Positions 1-13,208 of a DNA stretch of 64,000 nt are shown here, piece by piece (within the stretch, counting starts at the first letter, position 1; the number at the start of each line of letters is the position of its first letter). The notes under the pieces were generated by a model, which searched no databases, was not told where the DNA came from, and saw only the letters and a list, made by a program, of their open reading frames with translations. Position numbers and translations under genes: made by a program. Where the stretch lies: assembly GCA_951406725.2 (NCBI GenBank), contig OX597819.1:20522001-20586000 (forward strand), given 5' to 3'. The stretch comes from Octopus vulgaris (lineage: Eukaryota).

Positions 1-209
1 GGGAAGCTTTATGAAAATAGACAAAAGACGAAGGCAGGTGGAAAACAAACGAACAATTGTATTAGTATGGCGCTCAGGAAATATAAATAAAACAAGTCTT
101 TAACGTTTCGAGCCTACGCTCTTCAACAGAAAAATACACAGAGAGAAAAAAAACACAGAAAGAAGGAGAGAAAAAAATGCGTGCAGTAGCTAACGAATCA
201 ACATGGCGA

Positions 210-210
<1 letters not shown>
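1..210 (-). mobile_element. PLE family A terminal-repeat (pLTR) fragment containing an HHR-like motif
   Basis: Near-identical to 24625-24863, the 3' end of the GIY-YIG-encoding PLE. It ends in an (AT)n tract. Confidence 0.8.
97..134 (-). ncRNA. Minimal hammerhead-like motif, family A (CUGUUGAA core)
   Basis: Minus strand reads UUUUU-CUGUUGAA-GAG cguagg CUC-GAAA-CG-UU-AAAGA, with palindromic ACGU stem III and an atypical core. Confidence 0.55.
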
Positions 211-264
<54 letters not shown>

Positions 265-1438
265 ATTTATATTGCTCCATAGACACACAGGTATTTATAA
301 ACATGTATATTTATATGTACCTATATTACGCATATTTGTGTGCGTGTGTATGTATGTATAAAGAATTTGATTGATTAAACTCAGAATGATTTAGAAATTC
401 ATATATATATATATATATATTACAAATTATCAATGGCAGCCATCTTTAAAATATTTGCTCGTTTATTTCTAATGGGAGAGACTGTATGCCGATACCGTCT
501 TCTGTTCACACATTCAGAGACTGAATAAGATTTTACAAAACGTCATAGAGATTATTGCACAATCGGCACAGCAACGAGATTTAAAACAAAAATTTTGTTT
601 TACAATATGCGGCGTTAGCTGAATCAGCATACTATCAAAATATTTCTAATTATCAATTTAATTAATTAATCAGTTAATTAATGATATCATTAGCTCATTA
701 ATTGAATAATAAAGATATTAAACATTCATTTAGCATTGCTGTAAATTCCAATAACTTTGAGTTCAAAGTTATAAAGACATAGCTTGTTGTGAGAACTGCT
801 AGAAATACGATTAAATTAATGTTCGACCAACTGGTGTTTTGTGGACGCAACACAAACATTTTATGAAATAAAAGAATGATTGTAGCGTAGCCGAACTGAG
901 TATCTTTGCATACACACACATAAATGATCATATGTATGCAGGTTAGGTGTGTATATATGTTTGCAAGCAGCTTTGCATTGTATGACGTCATGCATGTATC
1001 CATGTAAGCATGCATACATGCATGCTTGTATGTATATACATATATAAAAGAGATCCTCTTTGCAGAATTCATGCGGATTAGTAACAATACGACTAAGATC
1101 TTTTGTTTCAGTGATGACAGGTATTGGGCGACAATTAAACGTGATGTGCATGCATGTTTGTATTTAAGTGTATATCTATGGCTGAGAAAAATGTCGTCAG
1201 ATATATTCGTACGCATTTATTGTACTTTTATTTCCATCCTCACAATTCTGAAAAGAAACAAATCCATTCAAAAATCTAAAATAGTGAACAAAACAATATG
1301 AACATACCTACTAAAATATAAAACACAAGCAATATATCTTTCGTGTTAATTCAAAAATCATTGTCAAATCGTAAAAAGAATTGGAAAGGCTAAAGAATTT
1401 TCTTAGAATGTGATCTACATTACAAATATATATATGTA

Positions 1439-1528
<90 letters not shown>

Positions 1529-1554
1529 CATATATACATATGTATATATGTATG

Positions 1555-1589
<35 letters not shown>

Positions 1590-1590
1590 C

Positions 1591-2345
1591 TGTTGTGTCT
1601 GGGGAGAGTCATTCTCTTTTAGTGCCTTATTATTTAACACACTCACAATAAAAAAATTAAAAATTAAAATATAAAAATATAAAATATATAAAAAATATAA
1701 AAATAACAAAAACACAAAAAACAATTTTTTTTTGTTATTTTTTAATATCTATTTTTATTTTTATATATTTTTTTTTATATCAGTATGTAAGCATTTAGAT
1801 ATGTAAATAAACAGATCAATATACAGACGGATAGGTATATAGACTATATGAAGAGACACATATGAAGACACGGATTCACACATATAAAGATGCACATCCA
1901 TACATACAAACATGGTACATAGTTACACAACACACACACACACACACACAGACACGCACACACAAGGAGACAGAGGTGCATACATATACAAACACAGGCT
2001 TACACACAGACAGAAAATAAACAAGCACGGACAGGTGAGCACATAAATATGCAAATATATACATACATACACATGCAAACATACGTACACATAGATACGT
2101 ACATGTATGCATGTATAGGCACACACAATAACCCCCACACATGCGCACAAAGAAACAAAAGGGAACGCAGTGTAACTAACGGACAGAGTCAAGGCTATTG
2201 AAAAGTTTGCAAGACGCAACGAAAATTTTAGAAAATAACAATAAAAAATAAGTGGAAATTTTACCGGTGAGTGTGTTAAATAATAAGGCACTAAAAGAGA
2301 ATGACTCTCCCCAGACAAAATAGAATATGCTCTTCAACACACGAA

Positions 2346-2348
<3 letters not shown>
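1591..2348 (+). mobile_element. ORF-less PLE-like element, family C, with 5' inverted terminal copy, embedded in (AT)n
   Basis: 1591-1646 is the reverse complement of ~2267-2320. A ~30-nt tail runs to 2348, and (AT)n flanks both sides. It carries an HHR-like motif and has a second copy at 42546-43110. Confidence 0.7.
2195..2231 (+). ncRNA. Minimal hammerhead-like motif, family C (U3/A8 core)
   Basis: CUA-UUGAAAA-GUUUGC aagac GCAAC-GAAA-AUUU-UAG, giving stem I CUA/UAG and palindromic AAUU stem III. Confidence 0.5.
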
Positions 2349-2443
<95 letters not shown>

Positions 2444-2455
2444 TGTGTGTTTTTG

Positions 2456-2495
<40 letters not shown>

Positions 2496-2496
<1 letters not shown>

Positions 2497-2790
2497 GGCG
2501 TAATGGCCCAGTGGTTAGGGCAGCGGACTCGCGGTCGTAGGATCACGATTTCGATTCCCAGACCGGGCGTTGCGTGTGTTTATTGAGCGAAAACACATAA
2601 AAGCTCCACGACGCTCCGGCAGGTGGGGGGGATCCTTGCTGTACTCTTTCACCACTCTTTCTCTCACTCTTTCGTCTGTTGGCCTGCTCGCTTAGCCAGA
2701 GGGGTGGCGTCATTCGAAAGCCAAAACAATGCGAACGGATTGTGACCAGCGATTCGTAACAACATCTGATAGTCTGGTCGGTCACGTGAT
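2496..2790 (+). mobile_element. tRNA-derived SINE (head A + tail X)
   Basis: A-box TGGCCCAGTGG and B-box-like TTTCGATTCCC. The 5' ~170 bp are shared with 27406 and 35305, but the 3' half differs. Confidence 0.85.
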
Positions 2791-2797
2791 ATATGTG

Positions 2798-2864
<67 letters not shown>

Positions 2865-2989
2865 GTATATATATATATATACAGACAGTTATGTGGATGC
2901 TCTTACATCAATGCAAGCAGTCACATCATGGAAGTACCTTTTTGGCCATTCCCAACACAAAAATACGCACATACAAAAACCTTAACTCA

Positions 2990-3900
2990 ACAGTATTCAA
3001 GGTGGGGTCGGGCAAAAGTGGAGAAGAGAAGGATAATGGTATGGATATCTCTCGACTGGAACATTCTGAGAATCCAGGAACACATTCTGCGGGCCATGTC
3101 AACTTTAGTGTTTATATGAGTGGCCCAGCTTATGTTGTTGTCCACAATTACTCCCACGTCTCTGATGTTGTTGGATGCCACGAGAGTTTCACCTGAAGGA
3201 AGGGAGTATGCGAGTTTCAGGGCATTCTCTTTTCCAAAGTGGATTAACTCGAATTTATCCTCGTTCAGCAGCGTATTGTTCTCTTCTGCCCATTGGATAG
3301 CAGCCAGTAGATCTGACTGAAGTCATGTCCGGTCACTCGCCTCATTTATGACCTTCTGGAGCTTGGAATCATCTGCAAAGATTTTTATGTTGCAATGCTT
3401 TATGATGTCATTAATGTCATTAATGTAGATGATGAAAAGAAGTGGGCCCAGCACAGTGCCTTGCAGAACGCCACTACTGACTTTGGCTGGGCTTGATTTT
3501 ACTCCTTCAACTAAAACATGTTGAGATCTGTCTATCAGGAAACACTTGATCCATTTCAGTAACTTTCCAGAGACACCAATGTTGGATAGTTTTTTCAATA
3601 GGATCTTGTGATCAACCCTATCGAAGGCCTTGCTGAAATCAAGGTAGATGACATCGGTGTTGGAGTCCTCTCCCAAAGCTCTCAAAATGTCATCAAAGTG
3701 ATGCAGGAGCTGCGTTAGGCAGTCCCTTCCATTACGGAACCCATGTTGGTTAGAGATCAGCTGTCTGTTGCTTTCCAGAAATTGGGTTATTCGAGATCTC
3801 ACCAGCCTCTCAAATACCTTGATGATATGAGAGGTGAGTGAGATCGGACGGTAGTCAACTGCAACGTACTTCTTTCCCTTTTTGAAAACTGGGACAACAA
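2990..3900 (-). pseudogene. CR1/L2-type LINE ORF2 reverse transcriptase fragment
   Basis: YRPISLTS, QHGFR, YLDFSKAFD, GVLQGTVLGPLLF, FADDSK and RPHLEYC motifs. In-frame stop at 3323-3325, truncated at both ends. Confidence 0.92.
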
Positions 3901-3913
3901 TATATATATATAT

Positions 3914-4209
3914 AAAGACACCCTTCGGCCATGAATGACCATGGGATTGCACCTAGAAAGTTATCCTTCTAGACACAAGTCCGGGCAAGGTTGTTTATGG
4001 AAGGTCAGCAGTCGCCCATGCATACCAGCCTCCCCTCTCCACGCCACCAGTGTTATCCAAGGGAAAGACAAAGGTCGATACAGCTTCGCACCAGTGACGT
4101 CGCAGCTCATTTCTACAGCTGGGTGAACTGGAGCAACGTGAAATAAGTGCCTTGCTCGAGAACACAACACGCAGCCCGGTCCGGGATTCGAGCTCACAAC
4201 CTCACGATC

Positions 4210-4210
<1 letters not shown>
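3914..4210 (-). mobile_element. tRNA-derived SINE (head B + tail Z), 5'-truncated
   Basis: Minus strand has B-box GCTCGAATCCC, then GTGTTCTCGAGCAAGGCACTTATTTCAC...CAGCTG, a central block also seen in 61795-62107. Confidence 0.75.
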
Positions 4211-4276
<66 letters not shown>

Positions 4277-4388
4277 TAGGTACTGTAAATACTTGATAGG
4301 TGTAAGCATCTGTATATGCCAGATAGTGGCAGAGGTGAAAGAGAAAATATCAAATAAAATTAAATTGTGTTCTGTTTTTAATTTTATT

Positions 4389-4489
<101 letters not shown>

Positions 4490-4544
4490 AAAATAGTAAA
4501 GAGTGAAAAAACGACAGAAGGCTTAAATGTTAAAGAATATATAT

Positions 4545-5580
4545 AAATTTAAAAACCTATTGAACAGCATAAACCCAAATATACAGTTCACAATGGAATA
4601 CAACCAAAAGGAGCTCCCGTTCTTGGATATACTAATTAAAAAAATTAACCTTAAAATAGAAACAGACATTTTCTACAAAGCCACAGACGCCAAACAATAT
4701 CTTCTTTTTAATTCATGCCACCCAAGACACACTAAAACAAACATCCCCTTCAACCTTGCAAGAAGGATATGCACAATAGTGTCAGAACAAAATACCAGGA
4801 ACTTCAGACTGCAAGAACTCAAAATCACCTTAATTGACAGACATTACCCAGCTCAACTCATAGAGGATGGGATCAGACGTGCAACAAAAATCAACATAGA
4901 AACTTTAAGAAAAGTTCAACACAACAACACACCTTCCCCGAAAATACTACCTTACATATCTACATTCAACCCCAGAAACAAAGAAGCTTTCACCATCATC
5001 ACCCAGAATTTACCAATACTTCATAAAAAAACCCAAATTAAAGGAAATTCTAAACATACACCAAATCATTAAAAGCTACAAACAGCCTAAATCACTTAAA
5101 CAGATTCTCACAAAGGCAAAATTATCTTCTGAAATTACGGATGCAAAAGTAAAAAAATGTGGTAGATCGAACTGTGCAACATGTCCTAACCTACTAGAAG
5201 GATCAGAATTCTTCTTTAAAGAGGGACAGAAATTCAAGATTAAATCTAACTTTAATTGTGCCTCTGAAAACATAATTTATGTCATTAAATGCTCGGGCTG
5301 CAACCAAGACTACGTGGGGTCCACGGGACTATCACTCAGACGTAGATGCACACTGCATCGACAACAGATTGCATTCCTCGAATATAGAATGATACCTTTT
5401 AGTGAGCACATTGAGAAATGCGCAAAGCAACTACAACCACAATTTTTAATCTTTCCATTTTACCAATGTGCTTTCGGATCATCAACACAAATTAGACTAA
5501 ACAAGGAAACATTCTTCATTGAAAAGTACAAACCCAGACTCAACTATCCAAACATAATAATACAGAGAAATTCACACTAA
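4545..5580 (+). pseudogene. PLE RT thumb + Cys linker + GIY-YIG endonuclease (frameshifted near 5030)
   Basis: IQFTMEY..LPFLDI, YKATD..QYLLFNSCHP, NIPFNLARRI; then KCGRSNCATC, FNCASENIIYVIKCSGCNQDYVGSTG..LRRRCTLHRQQI. Confidence 0.9.
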
Positions 5581-5716
5581 GAGAGGAAGGGAAAAAAAAA
5601 TTTTTAAGCGATTATCTCCCTTACACCGGAAGAAATCACGCACTACCTTCCCTTATTTAGAACTCTCCGTAGCAAAAAAACAAGGATAACGCTATTAAAG
5701 ATAAACATTACGTCGC

Positions 5717-5755
5717 AAGAAATTTGAAGAGCTAAATGCGAAACCGGTCTTTCTT
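5717..5755 (+). ncRNA. Minimal type I hammerhead ribozyme motif, family B
   Basis: AAGAAA(U)-UUGAAGA-GC uaaau GC-GAAA-CCGG-UC-UUUCUU, with palindromic ACCGGU stem III and a GUC site. Confidence 0.75.
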
Positions 5756-5886
5756 TAAAAATTATAAAATTATGTCATTATAAGAAAGGAAAAAAATTTT
5801 TCCAATATTCTCCAGACATATTGACGCAAATATATATATTCTTTAACATTTAAGCCTTCTGTCGTTTTTTCACTCTTTACTATTTT

Positions 5887-5943
<57 letters not shown>

Positions 5944-5944
5944 G

Positions 5945-5976
<32 letters not shown>

Positions 5977-5977
5977 C

Positions 5978-6022
<45 letters not shown>

Positions 6023-6078
6023 GTATGAATGTATATATATATACATTCATTTTGGCCCAGGAATGTTTGTGTAAATGT

Positions 6079-6200
6079 TAGACACAAATCATTAGTTTTA
6101 GTAGAATGGAAAATTTCGCTGTACTAATTATAAAACAAAAAAATCTTTACTTACTCATCTGCATGTGTGCCTATGAGTGTGTGTATGTGTGTGAGGATGG

Positions 6201-6250
<50 letters not shown>

Positions 6251-6302
6251 ATGTATGTGCGTTTGTATATGCAACTATATGCAAATATAAACGTTTATGT
6301 AT
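6079..6302 (+). repeat. Diverged direct repeat, copy 1 (copy 2 at 10593-10783)
   Basis: Shared TAGACACAAATCATTAGTTTT..AGAATGGAAAATTTCGCTGT ... TATATGCAACTATATG..AAACGTTTATGTAT. Confidence 0.75.
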
Positions 6303-6505
6303 CCAAATATGTATTTATACAGGTCTTCGCAAATATTTTTGTAGAAGACAAACACTGAATCATTTACGTAAATTTCCCTGTGCACACCGCAAAACTATTA
6401 TTCCAATTACTCAATTTCCAGATATACACCAACACCCGGTCAAGTTTGCCGTTTCACCTTATATATTCGTACAACCATATGCGTCATACCTAAACATAAG
6501 TATTA

Positions 6506-6538
<33 letters not shown>

Positions 6539-6547
6539 GTGTGTGTG

Positions 6548-6604
<57 letters not shown>

Positions 6605-6649
6605 CTGTGTGTGTGTGTCTGTGCGTGTTTGTTTGTGGGTACTGCTCTT

Positions 6650-6750
6650 TACGTTTTGAGTTCAAATGCCACTGAGGTCGACTTTTCATTTCATTATGTA
6701 GGGGCCGCTAAAATAAGCACAAGCGTAGAACTGGAGTTGATGTAATCGAT
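6650..6750 (+). mobile_element. Decayed Nin-domain-like SINE fragment
   Basis: GAGTTCAAATGCCACTGAGGTCGACTTT matches 54380-54410. Confidence 0.55.
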
Positions 6751-9002
6751 ATAAATTTATTGGTGGTTTTTAGCCTCAATTAGGAAGAATTATCTATTTT
6801 CTTATGCTATTGCGGTTATGGTGTTTTGTTGATGTTATCAGTATTGCTTTGTGTCTATTGTGTTTAACGAGTGGGATTCAAATCGAATGTGAAATCTGAA
6901 ACTACTCTGTAAGAAAATGAGCCATTTAATTATTTGCATCATTTCACCCAGATTTGTGTGAAGGAATTCTTTCTTTTAGAAGAAAATATTTCCTTCATTT
7001 GTAAATTGACAAAATGGCTTATTTTAGCTGTAACGCCTCCAAAATCCTGAACTGTAACAAATACGTTTCTACAGACAGTAAACAAGAAATAGGAAGAATG
7101 AGAACAAGAATACTTCAATGCCGTACACATGCAATTCAAAAGGCAACAGAATGAAAAAAACGTGGTGACTTCTCCATTGATAATAGCACTGAATTTTATC
7201 CACTCGATTAGTAATGGAAAAAAATACGCTAATTCTTAAATACAAAACATATATAGTCGGCTGACAACGTAATAGGTGGAAGAAGATTTGGAGAAAAAGA
7301 AGTCTGGTGAAGAAAAAAGAGTTAAAGAAAGAAACTACGTCAAATACGTAGTGTAAAATAAATACCCAGGGGAGGAATTTATTCATATAGAGACGCGAAG
7401 ATGGGCGGAAATTCTGCCTCACAAAGAAAAAGGATATAGACTAGAGTACTGAATTTCTTCAAAAGGTAATTTAAAGATTCTCTGGTGTGCAGTGGATCAT
7501 GATATTGGCAATCGACTGCAACACAGCATTTGGAAGCACTTTCATTGTCTCTATGACTGATTGGGGGGCAAATCCTCCAAATAAATTAGTGCCTTTATAA
7601 ACTCGCGAATGATTATCTTCCTTCATATCTGAACCAATGCAGTACAATAGTGATAGTGTATATATTTACCAGCAATATTTACTTAAATTCCCCTGTTACA
7701 TTTAGCTTCGTCATTTTAAGAGATTTTACCAAATTTCCGCAAAGAGATCGTGGATGGGTTAGATGTACGGGAAGACCTGGAGATTCGAGTTGTGCAGTTT
7801 TCTTTGTGCAAACAAATTGAGAATGAGAATGGAGACATATAGCTGAAAATTTGGATGTTCTATATGTAGTAGCTATTGCAGCCAGCTGAGGGGTATCTCA
7901 TCGAGGACTGGTAAGAGAGTAACAGACTTGGGGGTTATCGAATTCCCTTTCTTAGCAGTATCAACTCATTTTGAGAAGGCGGTGGAGAGATTGATGTCGG
8001 AAAATATACTCAAACCATTTACGGATTAACATTAATAGAGAATAGAAAAAAAATAACAATTCTACCAGAAGTAAACAAGTAGATAGATAGAGGAAGGCTC
8101 TTTGATTCTGAAAGAGAATAAATAAAGCATCATAGAGATAAAAAGGAAGCCACCAATGACACGTAGAAGTAGATCCCGTTACCATAATATTGCTCTACTT
8201 TATACAAGGGTGATCCTTTGAGCAATGTTCAATAAGTCTTTAACCTTCCGGTACAATCTATTAATAAAAGCACAATACTTTTCATATTTTCATTTTGCTG
8301 GTTAGGAAGCTAACCTTGGAAATCCTGGTTGAATATTAACATCCTGAATGGCTATACACTACAGCATAACAAAAACATTTCTGTCACCGAAAGGAGAGGG
8401 AACAGATGTTCCCTGCAAACAAAATCGACATGAAGTTAAATGAAATAATATCAATAAATTCTAAAGCAGCAAGTGATTCAAAAATATATAGGCAAAAACG
8501 AAAACAAAAAAAAAATTAAATCTACTATTACAAACTCGAAACAAATAATTGATGCGGCAAAAGATATCTCAAGACTAAGATCAAGAGCCTTTCTATAAAT
8601 CAATAATAAAATCTCTGCTACTTAAGAAAGCCTGGAGAGGCGAAAGTATTATGCTAATATTCATGAACTTATTTTCTTTAGTATTCTTATTGATTGGAAC
8701 GACATTGAGTCTAATGCAACCAATAATGGGAAAATATTCTTCCCACCGAATCTGTTACACACTGTATATGAATGTCAAGTCGCATGTCCTATTTGTCTTT
8801 CCAGGCCCATTAAATTTTTTATTGTTTTTTAATGATAGCAGGGTAAAAAAAAGGTGATTTTGGGGGTAAAACTACCTTATGTTTACAACTTAAAGAGACA
8901 GGCATACATATATATATGTGTGTGTGTGTGTGTGTATGTGAGTGTGTGTGTGGTTGTGTAGTAAATGTGGAACAAAGTTTGATGAACTCAAAATATCGGT
9001 CG

Positions 9003-9111
9003 TTCCCTACGTACGTTTCACCATTGTTTTTATCTGCACCAGCAGCAATGACTGCTCAATGTGCCATTAGCTTGTGAAACGCAGCGGTCTCTCAACAATT
9101 CTTCTGTGAAA
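9003..9111 (-). ncRNA. Degenerate hammerhead motif, family E
   Basis: Minus strand reads CAGAAGA-AUUGUU...AACAAU(GGU)-GAAA-CGUACG-UA-GGGAA. The 3' half matches 44065-44089, and U4 is mutated. Confidence 0.45.
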
Positions 9112-9446
9112 TATTCCATTGCATTAATTTATAAAAATCAATTGCTTCTCTATTTGATCGTTTGTGTGGTGCTCACCATTGGCAGCCGCACATCTTACTA
9201 TACACACAACACAAGAAATACTATATATGTATGTATGTAAGTATATAAGTATGTATGCATATGAGTGCTTGTGTGTGTGTGTGACATGTTTATATGAGTG
9301 TGCGTGTGTGTGTCTATGCGAGTGTGTGTATAATTAATTATATATATATATATATATATATATTTAACTATACAGAAAGATAGAAAGATAGATACACTCA
9401 CACACAGACATACATACACAGATAAATAGAAAGCTAGCTAGCTAGC

Positions 9447-9494
<48 letters not shown>

Positions 9495-9498
9495 TAGG

Positions 9499-9558
<60 letters not shown>

Positions 9559-9576
9559 TAGAGAGAGAGATAAATT

Positions 9577-9627
<51 letters not shown>

Positions 9628-9657
9628 CGATAGATAGATAAATATATATATATATAT

Positions 9658-9689
<32 letters not shown>

Positions 9690-9720
9690 ACAGACAGACA
9701 GACAGAGAGGATAGATACAT
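9447..9720. repeat. Compound microsatellite (AT)n/(GA)n/(GATA)n/(GACA)n
   Basis: Directly visible. Representative of dozens of (AT)n, (GT)n, (GATA)n and (TAA)n tracts in the window. Confidence 0.95.
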
Positions 9721-10592
9721 ATACACATATGCAAATAACAAAAGAAAGAAAGGTGTCAATATTCAACACTTTTGATAGCGACAGCGTTTTATGATGTTTT
9801 GTTCCAGGCCATTTCAGATTGGGCACAAGTATGGTGAAAGAGTTCCCCTCGGACCCTATCCCATCTATCATTCTGACCTAGAATGCTTTGGAAAAAGCAT
9901 TTCAGCATCGCGTCCTACATTCTCAAGAATTCTGTATGATATGAGAGATGAATTTTCTGCTGTTTCTACCAAGTTCAACGAAATTTATAAGCACTTTTAT
10001 TAATTCTCGGTGCAGAATGATAGGCTATGCTAAACTTACTTCAAATACATAGATTTGTATGAATACAAAGTACATTATCTTACCGCTACCATACAAATGT
10101 ATTACAATATTCATATAAGTTTGTCACGTTTGAGAGAACATAGTCGTTGGTCGCATAATTTATAATTTTACACACATTTTCCTCGGTTCCTTTGTCAATA
10201 TTTGCCAAACAAACCATAATGTATATGTTTAGTATAATTACACATCCAGTTATAAAAATGGAAATATAATTTCAAGATATTTTCTGCTTCTGTATGAGTT
10301 AAATATCTCATAAAAAGTTTATCATGTCTCAGACAGAAAACGAGTTAAGTTCGATTTTGTTGTAGCCCGGTAATTTTCTATTGAGACTAAAATAATATAA
10401 AGAGTGAGAAATTGGAATTTGTAAGGAGAATTGCGACATTTTGGGAGGGAAATATAAAAGAGACGAACACCAGTGAACCATTGTTGAAACAAGTGAATTG
10501 CTTAGAAATTGAGTTATTGCGCAAATATAGTATTTTTCAGTCTAGTAAGTGCCGGTCTTAATGTTATAAATCTATGAGATAGATTAATGTTA

Positions 10593-10783
10593 TAGACACA
10601 AATCATTAGTTTTAATAGAATGGAAAATTTCGCTGTTCTAAATATAAAAATAAATAAATCTGTACTTACGCATGTGTGCGAGTATATGTGTATGAGTGTG
10701 TGTAAGTGAGGATGTACCTGCGTGTGTGCGTATGTATTTGCGTGTGTATATGCAACTATATGTAAGTATAAAACGTTTATGTA
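10593..10783 (+). repeat. Diverged direct repeat, copy 2
   Basis: See 6079-6302. Confidence 0.75.
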
Positions 10784-10942
10784 TTCACACACACACGCGC
10801 ATACACACACACTCATATATACATATACACGCATAAATATATAAGAGTACATATATTTATATTTCAATCGATCTACCAATACCTACTTATTTATCTACAT
10901 CTGTCAATGTATATATATATATACATATCTATAAACACACAC

Positions 10943-10975
<33 letters not shown>

Positions 10976-11017
10976 GTATATAAAGATATATATATCTGTG
11001 TGTGTATATATATATAC

Positions 11018-11071
<54 letters not shown>

Positions 11072-11089
11072 TCTTTTTTACCCTTTTAC

Positions 11090-11200
11090 ACTTTTACTTG
11101 TTTCAGTCATTTGACTGCAGGCATGCTGGAGTACCGACTTTAGTCGAGCAAATCGACCCTAGGACTTATTTTTGCAGCCCATGCACTTATTCTATCGATC
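11090..11200 (-). mobile_element. 3' end of SINE family D
   Basis: TTTTACTTGTTTCAGTCATTTGACTGC..CATGCTGGAG matches 23664-23770. Confidence 0.7.
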
Positions 11201-11284
11201 ACTTTGTTGTTGTTGTTATTATTATTATTATCATTATTATTATTATTGTTATTATTATTATTAATTCTTTATTTATTTGTATAT

Positions 11285-11800
11285 TTATTTTCTCTGCGCA
11301 GCTTCTAACGCTGGATATGTACTATGGTGCCAGCTGCTCACTACCAGTGAACTAAGATAAAATCCCTTATTTTTCGAGCACAATTCTGAGTATTCGAGCA
11401 GTTCCAAGCAGTGCTGTTTTCTGCAAGTTGAATTATTCCTCTTTCACCCCATTGATCACACATACATTGTCGGTATACTTTAAGAGGAATATCATTTTCG
11501 TCTGCAGGGTTTCTGAGGCCGTAACGCTACATGACCACAGCATTAACTTGTTTTGCATCATCTACGCCGTGTGTGCTTGCCCGTTTCGGGGTAACGAGAG
11601 TCTGGAGCCGGACCAGAATCTCTGAGCCTGCCGGGTGCAACACTGTCACCATCATTGTATTCAGTTTTATTACCACCGTTATTCCCAATATTTTATCTCT
11701 TCTTTGTCTCTCATATGTGATAGCGATTATCATGTTACTCAATTACAAGTGTTTTACATCACTAGATGCATCATCATTCAAAGCATAGGGAGATTCAAAC
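11285..11800 (-). mobile_element. R4/Dong-type (RLE) LINE 3' end, internally deleted, between (TAA)n tracts
   Basis: Minus strand encodes LQKTALLGTARILRIVLEK*, then a short 3'UTR ending in AATAAA/(TAA)n. Confidence 0.65.
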
Positions 11801-11819
11801 TACTTATTATTATCATTAT

Positions 11820-12010
11820 TGAGTGAGAGAGCAGTGCATGCCATCAAAGTGACACTGGGGTAAAATATACGAAGCCCAGTATGCCCATCATGACTACCCG
11901 TCTGATAAGGGTATACTAGGCACATGCATCACAACCACTTGCGCGCGACATGGTGATCAAATATCAAGATTAACAGTGCATGACTTTGCAGGGAGACCCA
12001 GTTAGAATTA
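11820..12010. repeat. Interspersed repeat next to (TAA)n, homologous to 17885-18070
   Basis: Shared TATACGAAGCC...CCCATCATGAC...CTGATAA...CATGCATCA..ACCA..TGCGCG..CAT. Confidence 0.65.
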
Positions 12011-12679
12011 CTCTTTAAAATTTATTCTAAAACTCAATGAACACTCTGCATTTTTTAAGGTTAGAAATTTATGTAAATTATGTGAGGGGTAGATAATCTT
12101 TTAAATTTTACTTATACCAAGCGTTTCGTTTATATTTCTCTATAATCCTTCATATATTATTCCAGGTACCCCAATAACAATATAAAATGTCCTTGTTCTG
12201 TGATACCACATTCTTCTCTCTCCAAGTCCTTTTATTTGCTCAATTTCTCAATCGTCTTCTGAGATGTGAATTTCGTCCGCTGGTGCTGCAACACTCATCA
12301 AAAGACACATCTACTATTTAACATAACTTTTGACAATATCTTTTCGGTTAGCCTGCATTTGTCGATCAGTCCAAACTCTGAAAGTCCATTCCAAACAACT
12401 TCTGATAATTTATGTTCCCGGCAATTCTCTTTGCGAGGGAGCACGTGTGTCCTTTTAACACATTAATTCCCACTGTCTGCAAATAGGACACTAAATGAGA
12501 ACATTAAATAAGCTATATCACATTGTCTCACTGTCCTATTTATAAGACACCCAGTATTTTCATTTCTACTTGAAGTAAAGGAGTTTTAATAATTTTTTTT
12601 TTCATTTTAACTTGTTTTCAATCATCTGTAAAACTTTTAAAGTAATATTCAAAAATTTAAGCACTCTGGGATTTGATGG

Positions 12680-13160
12680 ATTAAGTACTGTATCGATGCC
12701 AATTGGATGCACCTTTTGATAGTGCGCTCGATTTTCTCTAGATGTCATCCGGATACGCGCATGATTGGCTGATTTCGTTTCATAACATTATACAGGTAAC
12801 TCATATTGGAAGACATTGACACGCAGAGCTAGAATATGCTCCCAGTTTCCAGCTTTATATCATAGAATGCCAGCTTGTGATGAGTAAGGTTTTGATTTAT
12901 ATCATGGTGCACAAACGTGTATTTCCCATACAGTGAATTTACCATTCATTTCATATCGTGGGATGCTGTTGTATTTCTGTATACGTATTATCTGTCTTGA
13001 CTCTTCATTTGAGGGCAGCATCTTATTCATTTACCTCTTCATCTAACTGCATTTCTTGGATGCATATCGCATTTTTGGTCGCACGGTGTAACTGCTTTCC
13101 TATCTTCAAAATTAAGAAAGCGCTGTAACATCTAGTTCTTTGTTGTAGAGAAGCAGTTGT
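12680..13160 (-). pseudogene. Decayed R4/Dong-type LINE post-RT/Zn-knuckle region
   Basis: Frameshifted remnants SLYGKY, DIKLETGSIF and EKIERTIKRCIQLASIQY resemble KPLHGKY..LKAETE..ETIDH..GC..LA..EY. Confidence 0.45.
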
Positions 13161-13166
13161 AAGTGT

Positions 13167-13208
<42 letters not shown>

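Noticed and set aside
2496-2570. tRNA-like sequences as tRNA genes (also 27406, 54307, 62040)
   Set aside because: They are SINE heads continuing into repeat bodies, with degenerate cloverleaves.
74-2586. Many 60-140 aa ORFs rich in IY/CV/HT dipeptides here and throughout the window
   Set aside because: They are translations of (AT)n/(GT)n/(GATA)n microsatellites, not genes.
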